Below are positions 9,324 to 18,276 of a stretch of DNA of 64,000 nucleotides, one piece after another. Numbering within the stretch: the first letter of the stretch is position 1; the number at the start of each line of letters is the position of its first letter. The position numbers were made by a program, and so were the translations under genes. A model generated the notes under the pieces. It saw only the letters and a list, made by a program, of their open reading frames with translations. It was not told where the DNA came from and did not search any database. The DNA comes from Candidatus Microgenomatus sp. (GTDB lineage: Bacteria > Patescibacteriota > Microgenomatia > UBA8517), in contig DYGT01000007.1 of NCBI GenBank assembly GCA_020724555.1, forward strand, positions 15,258 through 79,257, given 5' to 3'.

Positions 9324-9453
9324 TTGACTGATTTGGCGTTAGGCAGTAAAATAGACAACAAAGGAAATTATGAGAGAAGTAACAGGAAACAATATGCTTC
9401 TTTTGGCTTTATAAAATTTTAGCCGCTTCCTTTTATTTAATATTATTTTTATT
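9324..9453 (+). promoter_or_regulatory. rny promoter and structured leader with 14-codon uORF
   Basis: TTGACT-17-TAAAAT (9324-9352); uORF 9370-9414 MREVTGNNMLLLAL; AAAGGAA/TTCCTTT enclosing two hairpins. Confidence 0.55.
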
Positions 9454-10707
9454 ATGGCAGAAAAAACAGAATCTGATATCAAGGAGCTTTTAAGCGAACT
9501 TAGAGAGGAAAAAGCACAGCTTGAGAAACGCGAGCAAAACCTAAAAAAACGCGAGGAAGAACTTTTAGATAAATTGAGCAGAGCAGCTTCAATGACAACC
9601 GAAGAAGCCAAAAAGGAGCTTCTCGCCGAAGTGCAAAAAGAATTAACCGGTGAAATAGCCAGACGCATAAAAAACGCCGAGGAAAAAATAAAGCAAAGCG
9701 CCGCTGAAAGAGCGCGGGAAATTTTGGTGGACGCCATGAAGCACGGGGCAACAAATTATGTTGCCGAGTATACCATATCTACAATTACGGTCCCGAGTGA
9801 AGAAGTTAAAGGCAGAATTATTGGTAAAGAAGGAAGAAACATCCGGGCATTTGAGCGTGCTGCATCTGTAGAGATCGAAATAGATGAAACCAATGAGATT
9901 CGTCTGTCCAGTTTTGACCCAATAAGACGTGAGATTGCCAGACGTTCATTGGAAATATTAATTAAAGATACAAGAATTCAGCCATCGCGCATAGAAGAGG
10001 TTATTGAACAGGTTAGAAAACAGATGAATGATATTTTATTGGAAGAAGGCAAAAAAATTGTTGAAGCTGTTGGTGAATATGGATTGCCCACCGAATTGGT
10101 TCGAATGATAGGGAAATTTAAGTTTAGAACTTCATATGGCCAAAATTTAGCTTTGCACACCATAGAAGAAACTAAAATCGGTATTCAAATAGCCCAGGAA
10201 TTGGGTGCGGATGTTGAATCTGTCCGATTGGGTGGGCTTCTTCATGATATTGGTAAAGTCGCAACGGAAGACGAAGGCACGCACATCCAAAAAGGCGTTG
10301 AAGTTGCCAAACGCTTTGGTATGCCGAAAAAAGTTATCAATATCATAGCCGAGCACCACGAGGACAGGCCGTTTAGTTCTATAGAGTCGGTTATCGTATG
10401 GGTGGCGGATGCTATTTCCGGCTCGCGTCCGGGTGCACGTTATGAGCCCCACGAAAATTATCTAAAGCGTATGGTTAAAATAGAAGAGATTGCGGGTAGT
10501 TTTGAGGGTGTTACTGAGGCTATAGCCTTTCAAGCAGGTAGAGACGTGCGCGTGGTGGTTAATCCCGAACAAATCAGTGATGAAGCGATTACCGTTCTTG
10601 CTCACGACATAGCCAAGCGGTTGGAAAAAGAAGCTGAGTACGCAGGGCAGATAAAAGTTACGGTCATCCGAGAAACTCGGGCTACGGGAATAACCGGTGC
10701 AAAATAA
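9454..10707 (+). CDS. rny: Ribonuclease Y
   Basis: Coiled coil, KH (KGRIIGKEGRNIR), HD (LLHDIGK), ADAISGSRPGAR, IKVTVIRE. Confidence 0.95.
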   Translation: MAEKTESDIKELLSELREEKAQLEKREQNLKKREEELLDKLSRAASMTTEEAKKELLAEVQKELTGEIARRIKNAEEKIKQSAAERAREILVDAMKHGATNYVAEYTISTITVPSEEVKGRIIGKEGRNIRAFERAASVEIEIDETNEIRLSSFDPIRREIARRSLEILIKDTRIQPSRIEEVIEQVRKQMNDILLEEGKKIVEAVGEYGLPTELVRMIGKFKFRTSYGQNLALHTIEETKIGIQIAQELGADVESVRLGGLLHDIGKVATEDEGTHIQKGVEVAKRFGMPKKVINIIAEHHEDRPFSSIESVIVWVADAISGSRPGARYEPHENYLKRMVKIEEIAGSFEGVTEAIAFQAGRDVRVVVNPEQISDEAITVLAHDIAKRLEKEAEYAGQIKVTVIRETRATGITGAK

Positions 10708-10752
10708 ATCCGCTTGACAAATGCTTAAACGTTTATTATCCTTCTTCCTAAG

Positions 10753-11028
10753 ATGACAAAAAGACAATTAATCGACCAAGTTTCGCGTAAGGCACATCTT
10801 CCAAAACGGTCGGCGACAGAGGCAGTTGATGTCTTTTTGGAGGAAATTGGTCGTACCCTTTCTAAAGGAGAAAAAGTTGTACTATCTGGTTTTGGTACCT
10901 TCCGCGTTATCCGTATGAAAGGCAAAACCGTACGTATCCCAAATACTGAAAAATTTGTAACAATTAAACCCCATCGTTCACCTCGTTTTACTCCCGGCAA
11001 GGCTTTAAAACGTAAAGTTACCCGTTAA
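10753..11028 (+). CDS. hup: HU family DNA-binding protein
   Basis: MTKRQLI, V.LSGFGTF, PRFTPGKALK; TTGACA promoter upstream. Confidence 0.92.
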   Translation: MTKRQLIDQVSRKAHLPKRSATEAVDVFLEEIGRTLSKGEKVVLSGFGTFRVIRMKGKTVRIPNTEKFVTIKPHRSPRFTPGKALKRKVTR

Positions 11029-11066
11029 TTTGCCCGTAAGTTATATTGCTCGTATAATTTCAGTTA

Positions 11067-12053
11067 ATGGAAAGAGTTGTAATTGTTGAAAAACTTAAAA
11101 AAAATTTCAGAGTTCGGGAAAAAGACGCTGGTCTGTTGGCCAGCTTTAAAAGTTTAGTAAGTTCCAGTTATAAGAATATTAACGCTTTAAAAAGTATTTC
11201 TTTTTCCTTAAATAAAGGTGAAATGGTAGGTTTTATTGGCCCAAATGGTGCCGGTAAAACCACGACGTTAAAAATCCTTTCAGGCATTCTTTATCCTACA
11301 TCTGGTTTTGTTCAGGTTATGGGGTTTACTCCGTGGGAACGTAAATACGACTATTTAAACCAATTAGGTCTTATTATGGGCCAAAAAAACCAGCTGTGGT
11401 GGGATTTGCCCGCAATAGACAGTTTGGAGTTAAACCGAGCAATTTACAATTTAAGTGATAAAAAATATAAAAAAAATCTTCAGGAACTTACCGAGATTTT
11501 GGATGTAGCTGATATTTTGCGCCGCCCTGTGCGACATCTTTCCTTGGGGCAGCGGATGCGGTTGGAATTGGTAGCCGGGTTGCTGCACAGCCCTCAAGTG
11601 GTTTTTCTTGATGAGCCAACGGTCGGGCTGGATGTTGTTGCTCAGGCAAAGATCCGAGAATTTATAAAAGAATATAATAAAAATCACGAAGCCACGGTTA
11701 TCTTAACCAGTCATAATATGAATGACCTTTTGGGGATAGTCGATCGGGTCATAATTATAGACAAGGGTAGTATATTTTTTGATGGAAAATTAGAAAGTCT
11801 GGTAAAAAAGTATGCGCTTAATAAAATTATTACGGCAACTTTAATTAACCCGGTGAGGCGAGAAGATCTGGAAAAAATCGGTAGTGTTGTTGAGTATGAA
11901 TTTCCCAAAGTGGTTTTGGCCGTTAAGCGCACTGTGGCCACGTTGGCTGCTTCTGAATTGCTTCAAAATTATCCGGTAAGCGATTTGAATATAGAAGAAG
12001 TGCCTGTTGAGCAAATAATCGTTCAGATTTTTCAGGCTAATGCAGAAAAATAA
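11067..12053 (+). CDS. ABC transporter ATP-binding protein
   Basis: GPNGAGKTT, LSLGQRMR, FLDEPT, SH switch. Confidence 0.92.
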   Translation: MERVVIVEKLKKNFRVREKDAGLLASFKSLVSSSYKNINALKSISFSLNKGEMVGFIGPNGAGKTTTLKILSGILYPTSGFVQVMGFTPWERKYDYLNQLGLIMGQKNQLWWDLPAIDSLELNRAIYNLSDKKYKKNLQELTEILDVADILRRPVRHLSLGQRMRLELVAGLLHSPQVVFLDEPTVGLDVVAQAKIREFIKEYNKNHEATVILTSHNMNDLLGIVDRVIIIDKGSIFFDGKLESLVKKYALNKIITATLINPVRREDLEKIGSVVEYEFPKVVLAVKRTVATLAASELLQNYPVSDLNIEEVPVEQIIVQIFQANAEK

Positions 12054-12843
12054 ATATATCCAGGTTATAAAAGCATCTTTGGGCCAGGAGCTTGTGTATA
12101 AAACAAGCTTCATATTCACCAGGATCAGGAGTTTACTAACCTTTTTTCTTTTATTTTTTTTGTGGGATGCTGTTTACCGCTCAGGCGAAAATGTATTTGG
12201 AATCTCCCGCGAGCAGATGTTGACCTATGTTTTTGGAATTTTAATCGTTAAAGCAATTGTCGCAAATTCAAAAATTTCCTCTCTATCCGGAGAGATTGCG
12301 TCGGGTAGTTTAACAAATTATTTATTAAAACCAGTAAGCTATTTTAAATTAAGCTTTGCCAGGGATATTGGCACGAAAAGCATCAATCTTATTTTTGCTT
12401 TTTTTGAAATTATTTTTGTTTATTTAATTTTACGCCCCCAACTTTTTTGGCAAACAGAGGCAATATCTGTATTTTTGTTCATAGTTTTGTTGGGAATTGC
12501 GGTTGTAACCTATTTTTTCCTTTTGGCTTTGGTGAGTATGGTCCCGTTTTGGCTGGCAGAGCAGACCTGGCCTCCTGTTTTTTTATTTCTTACGATTTCT
12601 GATCTGATGTCCGGGGCCATCTTCCCGCTGGATATTTTACCTGAGTATCTTCGTTACATTTTTTTGTTAACGCCTTTCCCCTATCTTTTGTATGTACCGC
12701 TGCAAATTTATTTGGGAAGGTTTAGTGTGGTTATGGTTGTTAAATATGTTGCCGTTTCTGTTTTTTGGCTGCTAGTTTCATTTTTGTTTTTTAACTATAG
12801 CTGGAAAAAGGGGATTAAGTTGTACCGAGCTGAAGGAAGATAA
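12040..12843 (+). CDS. ABC-2 family permease
   Basis: Multi-TM, G.LTNYLLKP, SGAIFPL. Confidence 0.85.
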   Translation: MQKNKYIQVIKASLGQELVYKTSFIFTRIRSLLTFFLLFFLWDAVYRSGENVFGISREQMLTYVFGILIVKAIVANSKISSLSGEIASGSLTNYLLKPVSYFKLSFARDIGTKSINLIFAFFEIIFVYLILRPQLFWQTEAISVFLFIVLLGIAVVTYFFLLALVSMVPFWLAEQTWPPVFLFLTISDLMSGAIFPLDILPEYLRYIFLLTPFPYLLYVPLQIYLGRFSVVMVVKYVAVSVFWLLVSFLFFNYSWKKGIKLYRAEGR

Positions 12844-13623
12844 ATGAAAAGATATATAAAAGTTTGGTTAATAATGTCCAAGAATTCGTTTTTGCGCGAT
12901 TTTAATTCAAAGTTGGGTCTGTTTTTACTTTTATTGGGTAAATTTGTGCGATTTGTTATTTTTGCCGTTTTTTTATTTTATTTGTTAAGCGGTATCGGCA
13001 GTTTGGCCGGTTACAGCCGTGAACAGGTGATTTTTATATTTCTGACTTTTAATTTGTTAGACATTTTAAGCCAGTTTTTGTTGCGTGAGGTTTACCGTTT
13101 TCGCCCACAAATTATTAGCGGAGATTTTGATTTAGTGTTGGTAAAGCCGATTAAGCCGTTGTTTAGGGCTGCCTTCGGTGGAGCCGACTTTATAGATTTT
13201 TTGACCATTCCACCTTTGTTTGTTGCTATCGTTTTTTTTGGCAATGAATTAAATCCGAGCGTTTTTTTGGTTCTAGCGTATATAATTTTGGTTATTAATG
13301 GCCTTATTCTTGCTATTTCTTTTCATATTTTAATCTTGGCTTTTGCCGTTCTCACTCTGGAGCTGGATAGTGTCTTGTGGTTGTTTCGCGAACTTTTAAA
13401 TTTAGGAAAAATTCCTTTGGAAGTATACCGACAGCCGCTTCGAACAGCGTTGGTCTACTTGTTGCCGGTAGCTATCATGATAGCCGTACCCGCAAAGACG
13501 TTGATGGGTTTATCTACTTTCAAAGACATATTAGTTTCTGTTTTCGTAACTATAATTTTTTCGCTTGCATCTTTAAAGTTTTGGGATTATTCTTTGTCCC
13601 GTTATACAAGCGCCAGCAGTTAA
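12844..13623 (+). CDS. ABC-2 family permease
   Basis: Multi-TM, GDFDLVLVKP, C-terminal YTSASS. Confidence 0.85.
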   Translation: MKRYIKVWLIMSKNSFLRDFNSKLGLFLLLLGKFVRFVIFAVFLFYLLSGIGSLAGYSREQVIFIFLTFNLLDILSQFLLREVYRFRPQIISGDFDLVLVKPIKPLFRAAFGGADFIDFLTIPPLFVAIVFFGNELNPSVFLVLAYIILVINGLILAISFHILILAFAVLTLELDSVLWLFRELLNLGKIPLEVYRQPLRTALVYLLPVAIMIAVPAKTLMGLSTFKDILVSVFVTIIFSLASLKFWDYSLSRYTSASS

Positions 13624-13624
13624 T

Positions 13625-14563
13625 ATGAAAAAAAATATAATTGTGATAGTTGGCCCCACGGCAACAGGCAAATCAGACCTGGCTTTTAAGCTTGCTTACA
13701 AAAATAAATGCAATTTGGTTTCGGCTGATTCTCGTCAGGTTTATCGCCATATGAGTATTGGAACTGGCAAGGATATTCCTCATGGCTTTTATTATAAAAA
13801 AAATAAACCGGGATATTTTACCAATGATGAAATAAAAATATGGGGTTACGACTTGGTGGAGCCTTGGGAGGAATATAGCGTTTCTCACTACCTAAAAGAC
13901 GCCAAAAAGATATTTAACAATCTAAAAGCGGATAATAAAATTTTTGTTGTAGGAGGCACCGGTTTATATATTAAAGGCTTGGTTGACGGCATAGAAACGG
14001 CTTCAATTCCAAAAAATCCGATTTTAAGACAGAAATTAAAAGATATGGATATCCCGGATTTATATGAGATGCTTGGACACTTAGATGGGGTAAAAGCGGC
14101 TTCCCTAAATAGCTCAGACAGAAAAAATCGCCTGAGGCTTATGCGTGCAATTGAAATTGCCAGCAGCAAAAAGAAAATCAAAAAAAATAAACCAATTGCT
14201 TGGGGTTATAAGCCGATATTTATCGGCCTTGATTTGGATGATGACGTTTTAAATCTGAGAATTGAAAAAAGGATATTAAAACGCGTAAAAGCAGGGATTG
14301 AGGCAGAAATAGATTGGCTATTGGCGCATGGAGTCAGTTGGGATGATCAGGCAATGTCGGGATTGGGATACCGTCAGTGGAAAGGATATTATGAGGGCAA
14401 CAAAAGCATTGAAGAGGTTTTGGCAATGTGGTACAAAGCGGAAAAAAAATTTATTAAACGCCAAAGAAAGTGGTTCAAAAAAGATAAAAGGATAAGGTGG
14501 TTTTCGGCAGATAGGAAAAACCTGCAATCAATAGTAGATGAATATATTAAAAAAATGGTATAA
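13625..14563 (+). CDS. miaA: tRNA dimethylallyltransferase
   Basis: GPTATGKS, SADSRQVY, VGGTGLY, GLGY, KRQ..WF. Confidence 0.95.
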   Translation: MKKNIIVIVGPTATGKSDLAFKLAYKNKCNLVSADSRQVYRHMSIGTGKDIPHGFYYKKNKPGYFTNDEIKIWGYDLVEPWEEYSVSHYLKDAKKIFNNLKADNKIFVVGGTGLYIKGLVDGIETASIPKNPILRQKLKDMDIPDLYEMLGHLDGVKAASLNSSDRKNRLRLMRAIEIASSKKKIKKNKPIAWGYKPIFIGLDLDDDVLNLRIEKRILKRVKAGIEAEIDWLLAHGVSWDDQAMSGLGYRQWKGYYEGNKSIEEVLAMWYKAEKKFIKRQRKWFKKDKRIRWFSADRKNLQSIVDEYIKKMV

Positions 14564-14571
14564 GTAAATAA

Positions 14572-15570
14572 ATGCGAGCTAAAAAAGTAGAAATTTCTCA
14601 CCGCACCATAATTTTTACCGTAGCCTTTTTGGCTTTTTTGTGGTTGGTATATTACATCCGGGACGTAATCTTGCAAATTTTTGTGGCCCTTTTAATTATG
14701 ACCATTTTAAACCCCACTGTTTCCAAGTTTAATAAAAAGCTCAAAATTCCCCGAGTTGCTTCTGTTTTGATAGTTTATCTATTTGTTTTTGGGTTTATAA
14801 GTTTTGGAATGGCAGTGGCCATTCCCCCGTTTGCGGAGCAAACTACAAGCTTTGCCAATAATATTCCGGCATATATAGAAGAGCTCAGTATTCCAGATTT
14901 TATCGCCAACGGCTTAACTCAAGAGCTCGCCTCTTTGTTGGGGAATCTACCCTCTCAAATTATAAGATTAAGTGTTTCTATTTTTTCCAACGTACTTTCG
15001 GTTTTTTCGGTTTTTATATTCGCACTTTATTTTTTGTTGGCCCGAGAAAATCTCAATACTCAGTTGGCAGAGGTATTTAACGACAAAACTATTGAACAAA
15101 AAATTGAGCGCACAATAAATAAACTTGAGCTGAAATTGGGAGGTTGGGCGCGAGGGCAGATAATTCTAATGACAATGGTTGGACTGCTTACTTATATTGG
15201 CCTTAGCTTGATTGGTATACCATATGCTTTGCCCCTGGCTTTGCTTGCCGGAATTTTGGAAATAATTCCTAATATAGGCCCATTTTTATCGGCAATACCG
15301 GCTGTTGTCGTGGGATTTGGGATATCGCCACTGACCGGTATCGCCGTGGCCGCTTTGGGTATTCTCATCCAACAAGTTGAGAATTATGTATTTGTGCCCA
15401 AGGTTATGCAAAAATCAGCAGGAATTAGCCCGATTATAACGCTGCTATCTTTACTTATTGGTTTTAAAGTTGCGGGTATAGTAGGCGCCATCTTATCTGT
15501 TCCTGTGGTTATAACTACCAAAGTTATAGTTGAAGAGTTTTTTTCTTTGGATTTTATGCATAAACAGTAA
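14572..15570 (+). CDS. AI-2E family transporter
   Basis: Multi-TM, W.RGQ, IPNIGP, QQVENY..P.VM, GAILSVP. Confidence 0.88.
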   Translation: MRAKKVEISHRTIIFTVAFLAFLWLVYYIRDVILQIFVALLIMTILNPTVSKFNKKLKIPRVASVLIVYLFVFGFISFGMAVAIPPFAEQTTSFANNIPAYIEELSIPDFIANGLTQELASLLGNLPSQIIRLSVSIFSNVLSVFSVFIFALYFLLARENLNTQLAEVFNDKTIEQKIERTINKLELKLGGWARGQIILMTMVGLLTYIGLSLIGIPYALPLALLAGILEIIPNIGPFLSAIPAVVVGFGISPLTGIAVAALGILIQQVENYVFVPKVMQKSAGISPIITLLSLLIGFKVAGIVGAILSVPVVITTKVIVEEFFSLDFMHKQ

Positions 15571-15572
15571 GG

Positions 15573-15601
15573 TTGCATTTTTAGCCTCGAAATGATATAA
15601 T
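15573..15601 (+). promoter_or_regulatory. sigma70 promoter of rnpB
   Basis: TTGCAT-17-TATAAT with extended TG. Confidence 0.75.
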
Positions 15602-15606
15602 TTTTC

Positions 15607-16046
15607 TGTTTCTGGAAAGGCAAGTGATCAGTCCGGCTTAACCGGACAGGAAAGTCCAGGCAGCAGAAGGAAACGGTGCCCCATATTATCTTATGGGGAC
15701 GCGTAAGCGCTAGTCAGAGCAACAGAGACGATGTCGGTTCGAAAAACCCTAAAGGTTTGTGAACACGAGTGAAAAGTCCCAGACTAAGTAGGCCTTTTGG
15801 TCAATTAGCGGGATCCCGTGAGGAACTAAATTTTCTTACGGGAGGCAATCCTCCCGGCTGCAACCTGCGATCTAGACGTTTGAGGTATCCTTCCCGAAAC
15901 CGATATTTCGGTACGTCTAAAAGACAGGGCACCCTGTATAAATTCAGGGGTCCCGTAAGATAGGCATAACTGCCATCTCATGGGACAGACAGATGATCAC
16001 ATGCGGTAAAACCGCAACAGAACCTGGCTTATGCTTTCCAGAAACA
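15607..16046 (+). ncRNA. rnpB: RNase P RNA (bacterial type A-like)
   Basis: P1 TGTTTCTGGAAAG/CTTTCCAGAAACA; CR-I AGGAAAGTCCAGGC; CR-V AACAGAACCTGGCTTA; GCAACAGAGA, GTGAAA, GGCAATCC, AGATGATCAC. Confidence 0.93.
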
Positions 16047-16054
16047 AAAAAGTC

Positions 16055-16081
16055 CCCCACCGGTCGGTGGGGTATTTTTTT
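16055..16081 (+). terminator. Intrinsic terminator after rnpB
   Basis: CCCCACCG-GT-CGGTGGGG followed by T-tract. Confidence 0.8.
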
Positions 16082-16104
16082 GCTACAATAGGTCAAAAGA
16101 GAGA

Positions 16105-16542
16105 GTGAAGGCTGTAATCCAAAGAGTAAATAAGGCCGAGGTCATTAAAATTGACTCCGGTGAAGTAGTGGGCAAGATCGGTATGGGTTTATTTATACTT
16201 TTGGGGGTAGAGATAAAAGATTCGGAAGAAGATGCCAAAAAATTGGCAGATAAGATAGTAAACCTTCGTATTATGGCGGATAAAAACGGCAGAATTAATT
16301 TATCTATAAAAAACACTACCAAAGAGATTTTAGTTGTTTCGCAGTTTACGCTTTTATCTGATATCAAAAAAGGCAATCGTCCTTCATTTTTGCGCGCCGC
16401 AGAACCAAAGCGCGCCCGTGAACTTTATGATTATTTTGTTTACAGTCTTAAAAACCATGCCATTAAGGTTGAAACAGGGAGCTTTGGTGATTATATGAAG
16501 ATTTCCGCAGATTTGGATGGTCCGGTTACTATAGTGATGTAG
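16105..16542 (+). CDS. dtd: D-aminoacyl-tRNA deacylase
   Basis: MKAVIQRV, VSQFTL, GNRPSF, DGPVT. Confidence 0.96.
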   Translation: MKAVIQRVNKAEVIKIDSGEVVGKIGMGLFILLGVEIKDSEEDAKKLADKIVNLRIMADKNGRINLSIKNTTKEILVVSQFTLLSDIKKGNRPSFLRAAEPKRARELYDYFVYSLKNHAIKVETGSFGDYMKISADLDGPVTIVM

Positions 16543-16546
16543 AAAC

Positions 16547-17152
16547 ATGACAAAAAGGTTTAAGACCACAATTTTAAAAATTTTAGGAATACTTACTGCT
16601 TTATCGGCAATATTTGTAATAGCTGGAGTGATCGCTGTGGCTGGCTATGTTGCCGGCTATGCTCGTGGTGTTTATCGCACAGCAGCACTATATGGTAAAG
16701 ACGTAACCGAGGTCAGCCAAAATTCCACTGCTACACCCCTGGTGACTCCAAATAAAACTCACAATATTGCGCCAGCCATCCCCACATGGGGTGGTCCTCA
16801 ATTATGGGAAGCAGTGAACAAAAAAAGGACAGAGTATGGTGTGAATCCGCTAAACAATAAAGACGAGCTTTGTACTATAGCCGCGATTCGTTTAAATGAA
16901 ATTTTGGCTATAGGCAAGTTGGACGGTCATGAAGGTTTCGGCAACATGCCGGAGCGTCGCCCGGATTTGCTTCCCATTTTTGAGGAATACACAATAAGCG
17001 AATTCCTCTTGTCAGGAGCTCAGACGCCGGATGAAGCGGTTGAGCTTTGGGAAAATACTTTGGGGCACAAAAAATTGTTAACGGGTGGTGAATATGTGTG
17101 GGGCTGTATTTATGCAAAAAGTGGTTTTGCCGTGGCCATTGCAGCCTACTGA
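16547..17152 (+). CDS. Membrane-anchored CAP/SCP domain protein
   Basis: N-terminal TM; VN..R...G..PL, HEGF, W..T.GH...L. Confidence 0.7.
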   Translation: MTKRFKTTILKILGILTALSAIFVIAGVIAVAGYVAGYARGVYRTAALYGKDVTEVSQNSTATPLVTPNKTHNIAPAIPTWGGPQLWEAVNKKRTEYGVNPLNNKDELCTIAAIRLNEILAIGKLDGHEGFGNMPERRPDLLPIFEEYTISEFLLSGAQTPDEAVELWENTLGHKKLLTGGEYVWGCIYAKSGFAVAIAAY

Positions 17153-17760
17153 ATCAGGCCGTTTTCTTGTAAAAAAGAAACCAGCCTTTTTTGGGTTGTG
17201 TACTGGCGGCCAATACTTACAAATAAACGGTTAAGGTCTCTTCGGTATTCTTGGGGAATGATGAGCATGAGTTCTTTTTCAGTTTCCGTCGGGTTTTTTG
17301 TTTTTACCCACCCTAAAAGATTACTGATTCTGTGTACATGAGTGTCAACCGCGATGGTTGGCTTGTTAAAAGTACGCGAAAGCACCAAGTTTGCGGTTTT
17401 TAAACCTACACCGGGCAAAAGCATAAGCTCTTTTGGGTCTTCCGGTATCCGGCCGTTGTATTTTTGCAGGATTAGGGAAGATAAATAGCAGAGGTGTTTA
17501 GCTTTATTTTTATAAAAGCCCACAGGATATATGAGTTTTTCTATCTCTTCTTGGGATAATTTGGCAAGCGTTTCAAAATCGGGAGCTTTTGCAAAAAGCC
17601 GTCCGGCGGCTTTTAGGGTTGTATCATCGTTTGTGCGCGACGACATAATCGTTGAAACTAAAGACTTATATGGGTCTTTTTCAAAAACTTCCAAAGGAAT
17701 AAGCTTGTAGTGTTTTTGAAATACACTAAAGACTTTTTCGAGGTTATTTGGCTTGTTCAT
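17146..17760 (-). CDS. nth: Endonuclease III (HhH-GPD), no Fe-S motif
   Basis: GFY..KA, LPGVGLKTAN, AVDTHVHRI; C-terminal Cys cluster absent. Confidence 0.9.
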   Translation of the reverse strand: MNKPNNLEKVFSVFQKHYKLIPLEVFEKDPYKSLVSTIMSSRTNDDTTLKAAGRLFAKAPDFETLAKLSQEEIEKLIYPVGFYKNKAKHLCYLSSLILQKYNGRIPEDPKELMLLPGVGLKTANLVLSRTFNKPTIAVDTHVHRISNLLGWVKTKNPTETEKELMLIIPQEYRRDLNRLFVSIGRQYTTQKRLVSFLQENGLIQ

Positions 17761-17808
17761 GTTTTTGATATTTGTGTTAGTATAACTAATAGATTTAATA
17801 TTTATAAA

Positions 17809-18276
17809 GTGGCAGGAGAACTTTCCGATTTACTACCAGTTATAATAGCTGCTAACATTATATGGCTTATCGGCTTGAGCGTGATGGTTTATGTAGTTTA
17901 TAATCATTACAAGCGTTTAGGCCAAGGAGTTTCAAGCGGTAATCTTATCAAAGCATTTGAGAGGGTTTTGGCGGAGCAAAAAGAGATTGCCACAGCACAA
18001 AAAAATTTAGATAAAAATATAGCGGAGCTGAATAAAAGCTCGTTGACCCATTTTCAAAAAATGGGTCTTATTCGTTTTAATCCGTTTAATGAAACCGGTG
18101 GAGACCAAAGTTTCAGTCTTTGTCTTTTGGATAAAAAAAATGACGGATTTGTGGTGAGCTGTTTGCACACCCGTGACCGTACCAGGATTTATGCGAAAGC
18201 GATAGACAAAGGTAAAAGCAAACTTGAGCTTAGTGACGAAGAAAAGAAAGCACTAGAAAAAGCTAAAAAATCATGA
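17809..18276 (+). CDS. DUF4446 family protein
   Basis: N-terminal TM; RFNPFNETGGDQSFSL.LLD..NDGFV; GTG 17809 avoids overlap with nth. Confidence 0.8.
   Translation: MAGELSDLLPVIIAANIIWLIGLSVMVYVVYNHYKRLGQGVSSGNLIKAFERVLAEQKEIATAQKNLDKNIAELNKSSLTHFQKMGLIRFNPFNETGGDQSFSLCLLDKKNDGFVVSCLHTRDRTRIYAKAIDKGKSKLELSDEEKKALEKAKKS

Noticed and set aside
9376-9425. Resemblance of GTAACA-GGA AAC...GCT TTA TAA plus hairpin to a tmRNA tag frame
   Set aside because: No tRNA-like domain, T-arm, CCA end or pseudoknots nearby; treated as rny leader/uORF
15769-15963. 64-aa ORF in ORF track
   Set aside because: Lies inside RNase P RNA
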